Of a stretch of DNA of 64,000 nt, positions 28,901-41,778 are shown in pieces. A model generated the notes under the pieces. That model was given only the letters and a program-made list of their open reading frames with translations, searched no databases and had not been told where the DNA came from. The first letter of the stretch is position 1; each line of letters begins with the position of its first letter. The position numbers were made by a program, and so were the translations under genes. Source of the DNA: Styela clava (taxonomy: Eukaryota); the NCBI RefSeq assembly GCF_964204865.1, contig NC_135256.1, positions 18,786,001-18,850,000 of the forward strand, read 5' to 3'.

Positions 28901-31503
28901 CGTTGGTCAGAGTTGGTTGGCCGAACCTTCAGCTGTCAATGCTATAATAATTTCAACAAGGCCTACAACTGGTCTAAGAAATCTAGTCAGGCTAATCTAT
29001 AAACCACAATTTTGTTGAATAGCTAGATGACAAACAATGCTGCAGTATGGTTCCATCAAGTGAGTACAAATTCTTTGTCAGGTTTATGATCTGAAAAAAA
29101 GGATGCAGATAACAATGACATGTAAAGCAGTGAGCTGAGTAAAGCAGACCAAAACAAGTTCTCGTACAATATACCCTAATAAAACAGAACCCAGGTCATT
29201 TGGAACATATTCTAAATTAGTGTTTCCCCGGCACATGGGTGTGACCTAAAACTGGGGCGCCTAAAAATCCTGGGCACCTTGTTTTTTCAACAGTCAGTAG
29301 TCAGTTGTTGATTTTATTTTCCAGTGGATTTTAGGTATCACAGCATGAAAACTTGGCAACATCTATTTTGTTTATTAAGTGCCATGATTTCAAAAACCTG
29401 CCCATTGCAAACAAGCAATTTTCTCACTTTTCTGTAGTTTCTGGGCAATAAATGTCAAATGATCCTCTTATATTTGTCACTAATTTTGCGGCCATGAAAA
29501 CAATACATGTCGTTTAGTATGTGAGAATATCCTTGAGTAGCAAGATTTCACCAAATTTATTTATTTCTTCAAATTTGAGTGGACTGAAAAAAGGTTGGGA
29601 ACCACTGTTCTAGACAAGAGAAGACTTATCCTATAAAATAATATCCTCCATGACAAAAAAATAGGTCATTGGGAACATGGTCTAACGAGAACATATCTTT
29701 TGTACCAAGCGTCACAGATTACTGAAAATTTTGGGTTTATTCATATACAAACATAAATTCAAGTGTTGAGGTGTTAAATAAATTTTCGTAAATTTGAAAC
29801 ATTTATGGGTCGCTTTTTTCAGGTTACCAAAGATTTATCTTGATAAAATAATAAGGTGTTAGTTATCCATGACCAAAAATATATCCACTTCGACAATATT
29901 GGGCTCTCCACAATATGATTAGAACGAGACCAGAATCAAATTCAATGCCAAAAAAATACTAAATGAACGCACCAGTCTTTGCATAACAATAGATTTCAAC
30001 ATACATCAGGATGTAGCGAGTGTATGAACAACAAAACATGGAATAGCGATGTTCAAACGTATATATATACCAAAAAGATATACCGGTATATGATATAAAA
30101 GACTAATATGAATTTCTAAATTTGATAACAAGAGCAAAATCATGAAATGTCTTTGTACAAATAACAGATACTTACCTATACAAAACTATATAATTCAAGC
30201 AGAAAGTTCTAATTCAATTCGCCAAGGGCTTCCATCACATATCAATGTCACGTGGATAGTAACCGCTTCTAGTAGTAGTTCTCGTGCAAGATATTCTCTA
30301 TCTGATATTCGCCAAGATTACAAAGAACACATCTGAATTGAAATGATAAAATTTGTAACAATTATTGATAAACAATTGTAGCATATATTTTTTTTAAAAC
30401 GGCAAAACAAAAACACTCAACATTCATAAATAAACATGTAAAAAGTGAAAATAAAATACTCCAATAACATAATTAAAAAATCTTCAAAAATAAGGAAGAA
30501 ATTTAACATTATGTTATTGTGTACTTCTACGAGCATTTTTGTTATACACAATCCTTCCTGATATATCTGATAAAAACTCTGGATTCTCCGATTGTTACAG
30601 CCATAATGTGCAGAGTTGATAATATTTTAAATAAAAGGATACAGGTTGAAATCTTTGTTTGCTAATTCTTTATAGATATCGTCATATCTTGTGTCAAATG
30701 GGTAGACGTTAGGTTTGTCTGCTGAAGGTCCTGGAAGTTTCACTTGGTTACCAGTGCCGAACGACTGCACATTGAATCCCTTTTTTCTGTTAACAAGATA
30801 ATATAGTTCCTTGGTTTCTTCAAATCAATAAATAAAAATATTCGCATCATTGAGATGCTTTGTGTGGTGTACTGGCGTCACATCTAGATTTATGAGTTCA
30901 AGTAATAAATAAATTTTCTTCAATTTGTAAGTTCTGTTTGATTGATTCAACCAACGTTTAGTTTCTGGGTTACAGAATTGCTTGAAGGATAATCTAAAGT
31001 TGGTCGCTAGAAAAGCAGACAATTTGAAGGTCAGATGACATCACGAAGAAAAGTATAGGTGTGGGTTGAATTGGAATGATATCCCACAAGGTAACCTTCA
31101 AAAAGCTGCACGAGCTCGGATTTCTAGGTTAAGAGTCTTAACTTAAGACACTTTTCTGGAGTGCACGGGCAACATTTTGAGCATCCATGGGTGGAATATA
31201 ACATACGGTAGGTCTTTAAAAAACTTGGTAAAAGTTATTCTTTGCAAAAATAAAAGCTGTTGACACATTTTATGGTTAGTGATCACCCTGTATATTGGTG
31301 CTGCTGTGATCGACTAACAGTGGACATGACAATATAAAATATATATAATAATACGCTGCTAGTTTGAAAATGTAGATAGAACAATATTTAGAAGTTGGTT
31401 CAAAGACTATAACCAGGAATTCATACTTCATAAATCTGTGTGCTTCCATACTTCTGTTCATATTACTTGAACATACTACAGCAAACTTCAACTTTGATGA
31501 CAT
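22918..31503 (-). CDS. SSU72: RNA polymerase II CTD phosphatase Ssu72, ~193 aa, exons 31427-31503, 30643-30786, 25666-25805, 25396-25514, 22918-23019
   Basis: Catalytic motif VVCSSNMNRSMEAH, followed by SFGTGNQVKLPGP, YTQNGVLHMLDRNRRIK, PVHIINFDVQDNHEEATIGAF and DELLQEFEEK...VQFY*. The total is 582 nt. There is a probable 5'UTR intron (acceptor ~31560, donor ~32778). Confidence 0.95.
25806..30642 (-). other. U12-type (minor spliceosome) GT-AG intron, the second coding intron of SSU72
   Basis: 5' site GTATCCTTTT (30642-30633), branch point TTCCTTAAC (25830-25822) about 15 nt before the AG, and no polypyrimidine tract. Splicing restores ...KDFNL-YTQNG. Confidence 0.92.
29218..29607. mobile_element. 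Old hAT (Charlie-like) MITE
   Basis: Ends TAGTGTTTCCC / GGTTGGGAACCACTG. Flanks TTCTAAAT / TTCTAGAC match at 6 of 8 positions. Confidence 0.7.
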
Positions 31504-32325
31504 TTTTGTTATGTTTCTTCAGTGATCACAATGTAAAATTAGGACAATTATATATAATCTGTTGAAAATAAAAAATACTGCATCATTTAGATTTATTTGG
31601 TACAGAATAGTTTGAAATTGATGGAAACAAAATGGGAAAAATTATAATCTGAAAGCCCTGACTTGCCAATCATCTGTTTGAATTAAACATCACAAACTAT
31701 TCTATTGTGAGAGATATAAAAACAAATGTTTTTGAGGCTGCATAGGAAACAAGACAATATTATAAACAGAGCAGTTAGAGGTCAATCTGAACAAAATTTT
31801 GTGTACCAATTGTAGTATGACCAGAATGACATTTAGCATATACAAGTATCTATGAGTGAGCTGATGTATAACACTCAAGGTCTAGGTGATCGATTTGGAG
31901 GGTTAAAGTATACAAGAGCGTTGGAAAGAATGCATCAACTTGAAACTTATTGGTTATACTTATGGATTGCTATTGAATAGATCTACTGGTATTTTAGGAT
32001 GAGCGAAATTCTACAAAATTAGGTACAGTATAATAAAGTAAAAATCGTATACAAAAATTAAGTTCAATAATTCTGAATCTTCATTCAAGATAGTCTATAT
32101 CTTCACTTGTACCTGTAAAATGCCAATACAATCATATCGCAAATTTATTTATATTTTGGCCATTGTCTACATCGTCCAAATAAATTGCCTGTGTGAAAAA
32201 TGATACCCCAATCCAATAATGAATTTTTTGACATTATCAAAATAGTCATATAATGAAAAAGAATTGTGCTTAAGTTAATAATATGGTATTTATTAAGTTT
32301 TCTTTTTTTCTATGACTAAAAAGCT

Positions 32326-32690
32326 ACGGTACCGGTACCCTGGTACCAGGTATTATCCCAATTTGACCAGATCATTGTTATATTAATCAATTTTTTTGAT
32401 TCAGGGAAACTTTTACAAATAATTTTATGCAAATTCTACCATAAAAACTTTCCACTCACTACAGCACTAAGAAAGTGAAAAACCAAAACAAAAATAATGT
32501 GGCAAGAAAGTGTATATACAGATATCTGGATATATATGCACCATTCAGTCATAGCTCCGTACTAGGCTAGTACAGTAGTACGGTACAGTAATAGTACAGA
32601 ACACTGTTCAGAGAACAGTACGTACCGGTACCGGGTAACGGTATACCGTACTGGTATACCGGTACCAGTACGGTATACAGTTTCCATCAC
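32326..32690. repeat. Low-complexity GTAC/TACCGGTA palindromic tract in the first SSU72 intron
   Basis: Dense CGGTACCGGTACC, CAGTAC and GTATACCG units at 32326-32350 and 32559-32690. Confidence 0.7.
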
Positions 32691-34192
32691 CGGTTTTCTT
32701 GAATTTTGCCTTGTTTCCTTTTTTTGAAGAAAAAACAACATGACCAGTCATCGGCAAAACTCACGGTGCTAGTACTCACAGACTTAATCCGAAGTCACAA
32801 CGAAAAAAACCTAACGAATTATCGGCACTAGTACCGGTATCCCACAGTTGTCACAAAACAAATAAAACGCAATGACAGAATTAGTTTCTATCAATGTCGA
32901 CAGAGGGCCAAAATGGAATTGTGGGTAGCCTAACAAACTAACTATTTTTGCTCTCGGGCACAGGAGGTGATAACATCCACAAGAGGTCTGTAGAAAGCCT
33001 TAAAATATGTATACCGTAAGCTCTCATATAAATTAAAAATATTATTCAGGTATTCTTAACACAAAGCACCAAACGTGACCATCGAGACAAACTCTATTTT
33101 CTAAATTCCAACGGCAGATGGATGGACATGGAAGTCATCATACAAGAATAAAATATCAATCACACAATAAAACGCATATACACCAGGAAACAAAATTCTT
33201 AATAAAAAAAAGAAACAAACCTAATCATGGCCAATGAGAATATAAACGAATAGGTCGTGTCAAAGTCTGTAAAGAGCCTGAAAAACGGATTCGTTCGAAT
33301 AATACAAAAACAAAATTACAAAGTAGAGAATTACGAGATTTTCAAATGCCGGTATACGGAATATGAAAACAGATATTCATTTGCTTTTAAATAACACATT
33401 TTCATTTGAAAAAAAAACTGCTAAACATAGATTATTCAAAATTGACCATATCAACTAGGTAAAAAAAATTTCGCGCTATTGAATAGTTCTCATTTTGAGG
33501 GGAGGGCTTATATTAAAATCACTTTTAAAAGTGAAAATTTGTCACCGCAGGTCGGCACTCACAGAATACGCTTAGGATTGCAGAGCATATGAACAGCTTT
33601 AAAACCAGGTTTGAATCTCGATAATTGGCTAGTTAAATATAGATGAAGTGCATAAGAGAGAGAGAGAGAGATTTATTTCGTCAACCAGAAAAAAACAGTC
33701 ATAATAATAAATAAATAATGGCTATAAAAAAGTACGCTTTTTTCGGTATAGACTGGAAGGAGCGATACGACCATGCGGTCATCGAAGTCAGCCCCCTCCA
33801 AGTTTACGCTGATAAATTCACAGTAAAATATGATTATTAGAAATGGTTGAAGTTCACGACACAAAATTTGAAAAAACAAACAAACAAAAATGAAGTAAAT
33901 AAAAGTAATTAATTTTTTTCCGTGAAATCAATTTTTGAATGATGAGTTTTGTAAAATGAAACAGTTTGGGCAGATTTTCAACTATTACACTATTATTTGA
34001 AAGTGAGGAGTAAGACCCACAAATAAAAAAAACAATTTTGGCTATTGGACTACTATACTCAATGTAGATTTGGACACATAACAATTGTTCGAATCAGCAA
34101 GGGGCCAGCCTTACATGTACGAATGAATTTCAGGAGATAAACAACATGGTCCTCATGTAAAACAATTGTTTCAAGAGAGGAATCAACCTTCC

Positions 34193-34489
34193 AACGAGAA
34201 ATCGGTCAGAGACCGAGGAATTATCGATCAAAAGACAGGGGATCCCCCAAAAAAGCGCTCTTACTCCATAGTGACAACTTGTGTCCCATCACTTATTGAT
34301 TAATAACTCGCTAATTATACGATATACTTCGCCCAAAATCAATAGGTTTCTGGTCCGAGATATGATGAAAGCACATGAAAAATCTGGAACAGATTCAATC
34401 TCGTTTTCGTGAGATATCGCGTGCATCTAACAGACAGACAGACAGACAAATACCTATCAACATACTTACCGATAAAAATCGATAAGTAA
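34193..34489 (-). mobile_element. HINE/DINE-1-like element, second copy
   Basis: Homologous to 8350-8624, with an (ACAG)n tract and a terminal ACTTACCGAT-aaaa-ATCGATAAGT hairpin. Confidence 0.7.
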
Positions 34490-35189
34490 CAAGAAAATTT
34501 TTTGGCAAATAGGTGACTGAAAAATTATTATATACCCAAATTAAGAAACAATTTTGGTAAACATACGATCGATAGTCATATATATAAATACAATTTAGGT
34601 TGAATAACTATTATTAGTAAGCCTTTCAAACAAGACAACAACTGTGGCCTATTAAAAACTTAAACCCAATATTTAAATAGGTAAACGATGACTATTATTT
34701 GGAGCAGCAATAAATCAGCCTGACAAATAAAAGGCAGTTTCTGCAAATATACAAGTAGCCCTCATATATAAGTATAAGTGTTGAAGATTTAACATTAAAA
34801 GTGAACAATGAAATATTTGCGAGCAAGAATCAGATTGTGAGCTAGCGAAATAAAGTCTACCAAAGCATGTCGGGTATTTTGGGATAAGGCAAACACGCCA
34901 TACGTGCCCCAGTATGCATTGTGTGAATTCTAACGTAAATCAGAACTTTACTGGTATTTAAGTTTGCGACCCGCCATGATTTTACTCGTGGGAAGCGGGC
35001 TCGCGAACATAAAAAGGTTGGGCAGGCCTGCGTAGGAAAAATATTTCAATACTTCTAATCATAGCAAAAAGTTTGACTATATTGAGAGTGCCATCTTAGG
35101 TTGCGTATACAATCTGGTTCTCGCATGTTCGAAACATCATATGGGAATTACCCTTAGCCAATTTTATCCTAGTATTAAATTTTATATAT

Positions 35190-36073
35190 ATGCGGCCCGC
35201 GTCGTGTTTGAGATTTCTCCAGTAAAAAAACTAAAATAGTATGATGTCAACTATGGGTTTTATCGTGTTATTTAACATCAAGAGTCCGATACAACAAACT
35301 GTTAAAAGTAAAACAAAAATTCCCCCCGTTATTCCACTTTACCACGTTCATATTTTGTTCTATTGTAATAATCAAATTGTAAATTCAACCATTCTATTCC
35401 GCGTTTTTATTATGACGAAATAAACAAGTTTCGGTCAGATCATGGAAGTGTGCAGTTGTGAATCATTATTTGATTACGAATCACAAATTATGTGCAGTTA
35501 ACGCCAAACTAGATTATTATGAACTTATGAATCATTACAAAGGGAAAAATACCATGTTTATACTGAAACAATTTCTCACGAAAAGGTAACGGAAATAAAA
35601 TTTTCACTGATGAAACAAAGAATTTTTTTTCAGACACAAACAAAACTTGTGAAGATTCGATGAAAGCAAGCTTTGCCATGAGTGAGATGATTGCAAAATC
35701 GTCGCGTCCTTTCGTTGAGGGAAGCTTTATTAAAAAGTGTATGTTGAAGGCTTGTGAAATGATTTTTTAACAATGAGTGTTAACAAATCAGCCTTTTGCA
35801 CACGACTAACAGACGAGAGTTTTTATGCTGTCTAAAGACCAGCAAACTAACGCAAAATCAGGCCAACCATCGAGTCTCACCGCTACAAAACGGTGCCAAA
35901 TATCCAACACAAGTAAACGAATATGTTTCATGTCTCGCTTGGTGTAAGATTCAAGGGTAATCTAACAAATATATTCAGATTTACTTAGTTAATTTTTGTA
36001 TATAATTTCTTAGCCGCGTCGTCAATAAATTTCATAAAATGGCCCGCGACATATTTTGAGTTGGAGACCCCTG
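35190..36073 (+). mobile_element. Decayed hAT transposon (GTF2IRD2/Buster-type transposase relic)
   Basis: Around 35650-35770 the + strand reads CEDSMKASFAMSEMIAKSSRPFVEGSFIKKCMLKACEMI, typical of Buster/GTF2IRD2-like hAT transposases. The right TIR is AGTTGGAGACCCCTG at 36059-36073. The left boundary is approximate. Confidence 0.75.
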
Positions 36074-38518
36074 CCTTAAGAGGACCTAGTCGATAGCAAG
36101 AAATTTCTCCTACACGTTTTAAATGATTAATCTAAAGCGTGAGAGAGGGAAAGGTTCAATTACCTGAAATAACGTGAAATTACACCACGATTCATATTTT
36201 GTATATTTAAAAATCTCGTAATTCTCCACTTTGTAATTTTGTTTTTGATAAATGAAAATTAAAGACATCCCCCAAAATAAGCCCTAGTGATATTTAAAAA
36301 AAAAAGGAAAAAAGACCCTGTCTTATTTTCGAGAAAACGCGGTAGCTAGTTTGATACAAAAAAGTAAGTATCAGTGTGGTAAAAAAAAGGAACATTTTTG
36401 AATCTGTTGTAAAAAGCCTCCCCCCACCAATGCAAATATGCGAAAGTTCGAAAAAACATCCCTGTTACGTTTTAAAATAAATAAAAAAACAAGTACAGAT
36501 AGTCTAGTCCAGCGGTTCCCAACCTTTCTACCCTGGCGGATCGGTGAAATTAAATAAAATGTACTCGCCGACCGGCAAAATTAAAATAAGTGAAACAGAA
36601 AATAATAACATATATTTGCGTAATATAGTGCAATGTCGGGCACTCACTATGCTTCTAGAAAAAAAAAAGGATAACTAAAAAACATTTCACATGAAGAAAA
36701 AACTATCAAATAACGTGCTGGCCAAAATTGAAATCGGTGTAATAAAATAATAACATAAATTTGCGTAATAAAGTGCAGTGCTGGTCACCCATTGTGCGTA
36801 GAAAGAGCACACAGAAAACATCTCACATAATAAAACATGTACATGCCAAATCATGTACTGTAGTGAGAATTTTGCTGCTGCTGTTTTGTTCAAAGGGTTC
36901 ATCAAAAAAGGACATCAAAAAAGGGTTTTGCAACACGTAGGTCTGCAGCGGTTCAGTCTTTGCTCCGTTTTATTTAAAGCTAGTGATGAAAAAGTTTTTC
37001 GTACACGTAACTTGTTGAAAATTGGGACAACAGCTTGATTACTTAGCGTTGGGTATTTGTTATCAGAAGAGCTCAAGAATTGTGACAATGACTCTTTTAT
37101 TAAATCTAGACTGTAAAGTAGAGGTTTTATCGGGTTCATCATATTCATCCCTCTGCAGTTGATCGACGCCCCAAACAAAATGAATTTATATCAACCATCG
37201 AGTCTCACCGCTACAAAACGGTGCCAAATATCCAACACAAGTAAACGAATATGTTTCATGTCTCGCTTGGTGTAAGATTCAAGGATAATCTAACAAATAT
37301 ATTCAGATTTACTTAGTTAATTTTTGTATATAATTTCTTAGCCGCGTCGTCAATAAATTTCATAAAATGGCCCGCGACATATTTTGAGTTGGAGACCCCT
37401 GCCTTAAGAGGACCTAGTCGATAGCAAGAAATTTCTCCTACACGTTTTAAATGATTAATCTAAAGCGTGAGAGAGGGAAAGGTTCAATTACCTGAAATAA
37501 CGTGAGATTACACCACGATTCATATTTTGTATATTTAAAAATCTCGTAATTCTCCACTTTGTAATTTTGTTTTTGATAAATGAAAATTAAAGACATCCCC
37601 CAAAATAAGCCCTAGTGATATTTAAAAAAAAAAGGAAGAAAGACCCTGTCTTATTTTCGAGAAAACGCGGTAGCTAGTTTGATACTAAAAAGTAAGTATC
37701 AGTGTGGTAAAAAAAGGAACATTTTTGAATCTGTTGTAAAAAGCCTCCCCCCACCAATGCAAATATGCGAAAGTTCGAAAAAACATCCCTGTTACGTTTT
37801 AAAATAAATAAAAAAACAAGTACAGATAGTCTAGTCCAGCGGTTCCCAACCTTTCTACCCTGGCGGATCGGTGAAATTAAATAAAATGTACTCGCCGACC
37901 GGCAAAATTGAAATAAGTGAAACAGAAAATAATAACATATATTTGCGTAATATAGTGCAATGTCGGGCACTCACTATGCTTCTAGAAAAAAAAAAGGATA
38001 ACTAAAAAACATTTCACATGAGGAAAAAACTATCAAATAACGTGCTGGCCAAAATTGAAATCGGTGTAATAAAATAATAGCATAAATTTGCGTAATAAAA
38101 TGCAGTGCTGGTCACCCATTGTGCGTAGAAAGAGCACACAGAAAACATCTCACATAATAAAACATGTACATGCCAAATCATGTACTGTAGTGAGAATTTT
38201 GCTGCTGCTGTTTTGTTCAAAGGGTTCATCAAAAAAGGACATCAAAAAAGGGTTTTGCAACACGTAGGTCTGCAGCGGTTCAGTCTTTGCTCCGTTTTAT
38301 TTAAAGCTAGTGATGAAAAAGTTTTTCGTACAAGTAACTTGTTGAAAATTGGGACAACAGCTTGATTACTTAGCGTTGGGTATTTGTTATCAAAAGAGCT
38401 CAAGAATTGTGACAATGACTCTTTTATAAAATCTAGACTGTAAAGTAGAGGTTTTATCGGGTTCATCATATTCATCCCTCTGCAGTTGATCGACGCCCCA
38501 AACAAAATGAATTTATAT
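35864..38518. repeat. Recent tandem duplication, 2 x ~1328 bp
   Basis: CAACCATCGAGTCTCACCGC starts at 35864 and 37192. The copies differ by only a few substitutions and homopolymer lengths. Confidence 0.95.
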
Positions 38519-39062
38519 TACAATGACAAAGTCTTTGCTAATTTGGCACCAGGCTCAAAATTCTGCTGTGCAACACCTGGAAAATATCTCAGCGGCCCAT
38601 GTATTTATTGCGCGTCTCGTGACCACCTGCAGGGTCGGAACAAGTTCATATCTTGCTGGATGTCAATGCGAAGCTATGGAATATACTGTTCTTTACTGTT
38701 TTCGAGTTTAAACACGGAAATATTCATAACTTTTTATTTGGATGGTAATAATAATCAAAAAAGCATGCAGAATGGAAAAATTACTCATGCTGATTCAGGT
38801 TTCGAAATCTTGGGAGATTTGACGGAGCACTTTGGTGATGAATCGGAACCGAAAAGTGTGAATACTCGGCGTCGGCGCCACGACGTCGCCGGGCCGCACT
38901 TATCAAACAGCAATATGACGGCAGAAAAGAAATTGAGTAATAAACCAACATATGTAACTTCTTCGTCATCGGTAAAGCAGTTTAAGCAAAAATAAAAGAA
39001 AGAATTGAAATTTCTCGCAGACCGGCAAAAAAGCTTCGTGGGCCGGCGGTTGGGAACCACTG
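37837..39062 (-). mobile_element. Non-autonomous hAT (Charlie/Buster) element with a transposase C-terminal relic; truncated duplicate starts at ~36509
   Basis: TIRs CAGCGGTTCCCAACC / GGTTGGGAACCACTG, flanks GTCTAGTC / GTCTTAGTC. The minus strand carries a frameshifted relic KYPTLSNQAV..FSTSYLYEK.FSSLALNKTEQR resembling the hAT dimerisation domain. Confidence 0.85.
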
Positions 39063-39151
39063 GTCTTAGTCGACTGTCCATATATTTGAGCTCTCCTGTT
39101 ATTGTAGCTGATTAGCTTAAATGTTACAGATGGTCCGCCAACGCCATCGAT

Positions 39152-40232
39152 CAGGGTTGCCAGATCCCAGCGGTCAAAAAATGCCTAATCAAGACATATA
39201 AAAAGCCAACAATTTTACTAAGTACAAAACCCCCATGGTTTGTCCGATTTTAAGCCCTTGGCACAATACTGATGCTGATGAGGAGTGAGCCACACAAATG
39301 TCTTTTCCCATTGAAAGTTGTATTTTCGGTCGATATCATGGCGATTTCCACTTCAGTGGGATCGAAGGTTTAAAAATAATTAATTGAATGATAGCACCAG
39401 AATCTACATTTAACACAATACAGTCAAGCTGTCAACCACAATAAACAATATACAACTACGAATGTAGTAGTAGTGGTATTTATTGTATCCTACACTGGCA
39501 TCTAATATGAAAAAGTTTAAAAAATTAAAAAAACAAATAAAAAGAAATATTGAGCGGACAGCAATATTTTACCATTTAATATATACAATACAGGGTGCTG
39601 CTTCAGTATGTGATATACCTACATGTTTCTACTCAAACATGTGATATACCCATTGTAGTTATATACACCAATGGATACACCTTAAAAAATTTTACTACTG
39701 AAAAATTTTCAATATAAACCATCAATTTTATTAAAAAATTATCTAACCACGTGTCGCTTACAGGTGGTCTACTGATAGCTAATTCAGTATTTAAGCGTAG
39801 TTAATTACATCGTTCGCGAGAAAATTTTGATTACTGCAATTAAACTAAAGCTCCACATCAGGCATAATGGAAATTAAGTTATACAACTATTTTTTGGAAA
39901 CAGAACTAAAAACTGACAAATAACACGCAAAACTATAAAAAACGAGGCAATGTTTACAACCCTGCTTGAACATCTGTCTGAGCGGCTGCAGAAACTGCAA
40001 TTATTTCTTATAAGCGTTAAGGTAATAAACAAGGAAATTGATTCTCCGGAAATCCTAATGTTAAGTAGCTAAATACCGGTAACAGGCTATTGTTACTTAC
40101 TAAATATTGTATTTCATACAATTTCAATAATAGACATTAGAACAGACTTAAAAAAGCCGAACGGAAATTCCGACGCCAAACGTGTTTGAAAACTGCCAAA
40201 ATGGGCGTTAAAAAGCCAATATGGCAACCCTG
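39152..40232. mobile_element. hAT (Tip100-like) non-autonomous element
   Basis: TIRs CAGGGTTGCCA / TGGCAACCCTG, flanks CCATCGAT / CTATCCAT (6/8), and subterminal AAAAAGCC repeats at both ends. Confidence 0.75.
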
Positions 40233-41778
40233 CTATCCATGGCATAGAACAGTGGAAGTTTCCCAGACTCTTGACCCCGAAAAATTCTTCCCATTCTCTA
40301 CTACTGCAAATACCATGATTATTTTGAGCTAATTTTAGCGTAGCCTATTTCATCTTTTTCGGGAGAAATTCCTTCAACTTAAATTTTTCGGGGGACATAA
40401 TACCAAGGGAGATATTTGATTTACAGCTAATTTTTTAAAACACGACTGAAAACTGACAAATAACATGCAAAACCACGAAAACGAGGCCATGTTTACGACC
40501 ATTCTTAAATATCTGTCTGAGCAAAAAAAGTGCCCGAGCGGCCACACAAATTGCAATAGTTACGTCGTTGTTGAATTCTTACGGATCGGTCATTGTTACG
40601 AAATAAGGAATAGAATAAATAAATCAATACTCTGGGAAACATTTTTTCAATACTTCGCCTTGGTCATTTCGCTCTGCTCCGACCTATGACCTCGAAAAAT
40701 AATTTTTTTTTTGATTAGTTAACATACATTTTAGCATTTGCGATCTTTCATTGTATTGTTATGAAGTTATGTCATTGTGATCGTATGGTTTTTGAGATTG
40801 ATAGAAATTCAGAAATTGCTAAATTGATTCACTCTGACACGGTGGAACTCGCCAATCTGTCAGTTCGTTGTTCTCTGAGGATTCTGTGATTGCCGACTCC
40901 GACAATAATCAGCTTAGTCGATATATTTTAACACAAATTTTTATTTACTGATCGCTCAGTTGCTAGATTACCTGTACTGGTATAGGTTACTTTTTTAATT
41001 AGTCGTTCAATTTGGCAATCCTTAACGCTGTAACGCAATTTTTTATATGGAGTGGCAAATAATAATTTTTCACTTATTTTTTTCTGATTTTCCCTTTCCG
41101 CCTTTGGTTTATAATTAATTTATCTAAACCGCTGATTTTTTATATATCTTCCAGTCTTTGTGGTTGTATTTAACTTATGTGTTGTATACATGTATTTGTT
41201 GGTATGGTTGTAGAATATATGATGATGTGAGTGTGTATCATATTCTTAAGTGAGTGAACGGATAGTAAAAAAAATTGCAAAAGATTTATTTATTTTCAAA
41301 GCGGCAGCATCTAAAATATTCAGGGGCAAAGTAACTTTGTAATTCAGTACTTGTAGCTAAAATTTTGTTGCTAAAAGAATTACATTTGGTGGATAGTTTG
41401 GAATTTATGCCAGAAAAAATAATAACCTGTAAATAATCATTTGCAAATTTTGTCTTGAGTGATGAAAGCTTTTAAATAAAAAAAAAACCTTAGAGACGAT
41501 TATTATACCAGTATAATGCAGAATCTCACGCAAATTTCTTTATGCTATAACATATTTAATGAGTATGTGTATTTATGTTTCAGTGATCTCCATGTCTGTA
41601 TGTAGACTAAAACATTCATGGCTTTGGCAAGTACTTTTGTATTAAGCTTGTATGTGACAAAACATAGCATCAATCGGCAATTAGGTGTTACAAGTCAAAG
41701 ACACTGATTTCTGAGAGAAGAATTGTTGGTGGAGAGAGCGAATTTGTCAACAAACAATTCTAATCAGAACTTGAAGTA

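Noticed and set aside
38486-38995. 169-aa ORF as a novel gene
   Set aside because: It lies inside a TIR-bounded hAT derivative, opposite the transposase relic, with no recognisable domain.
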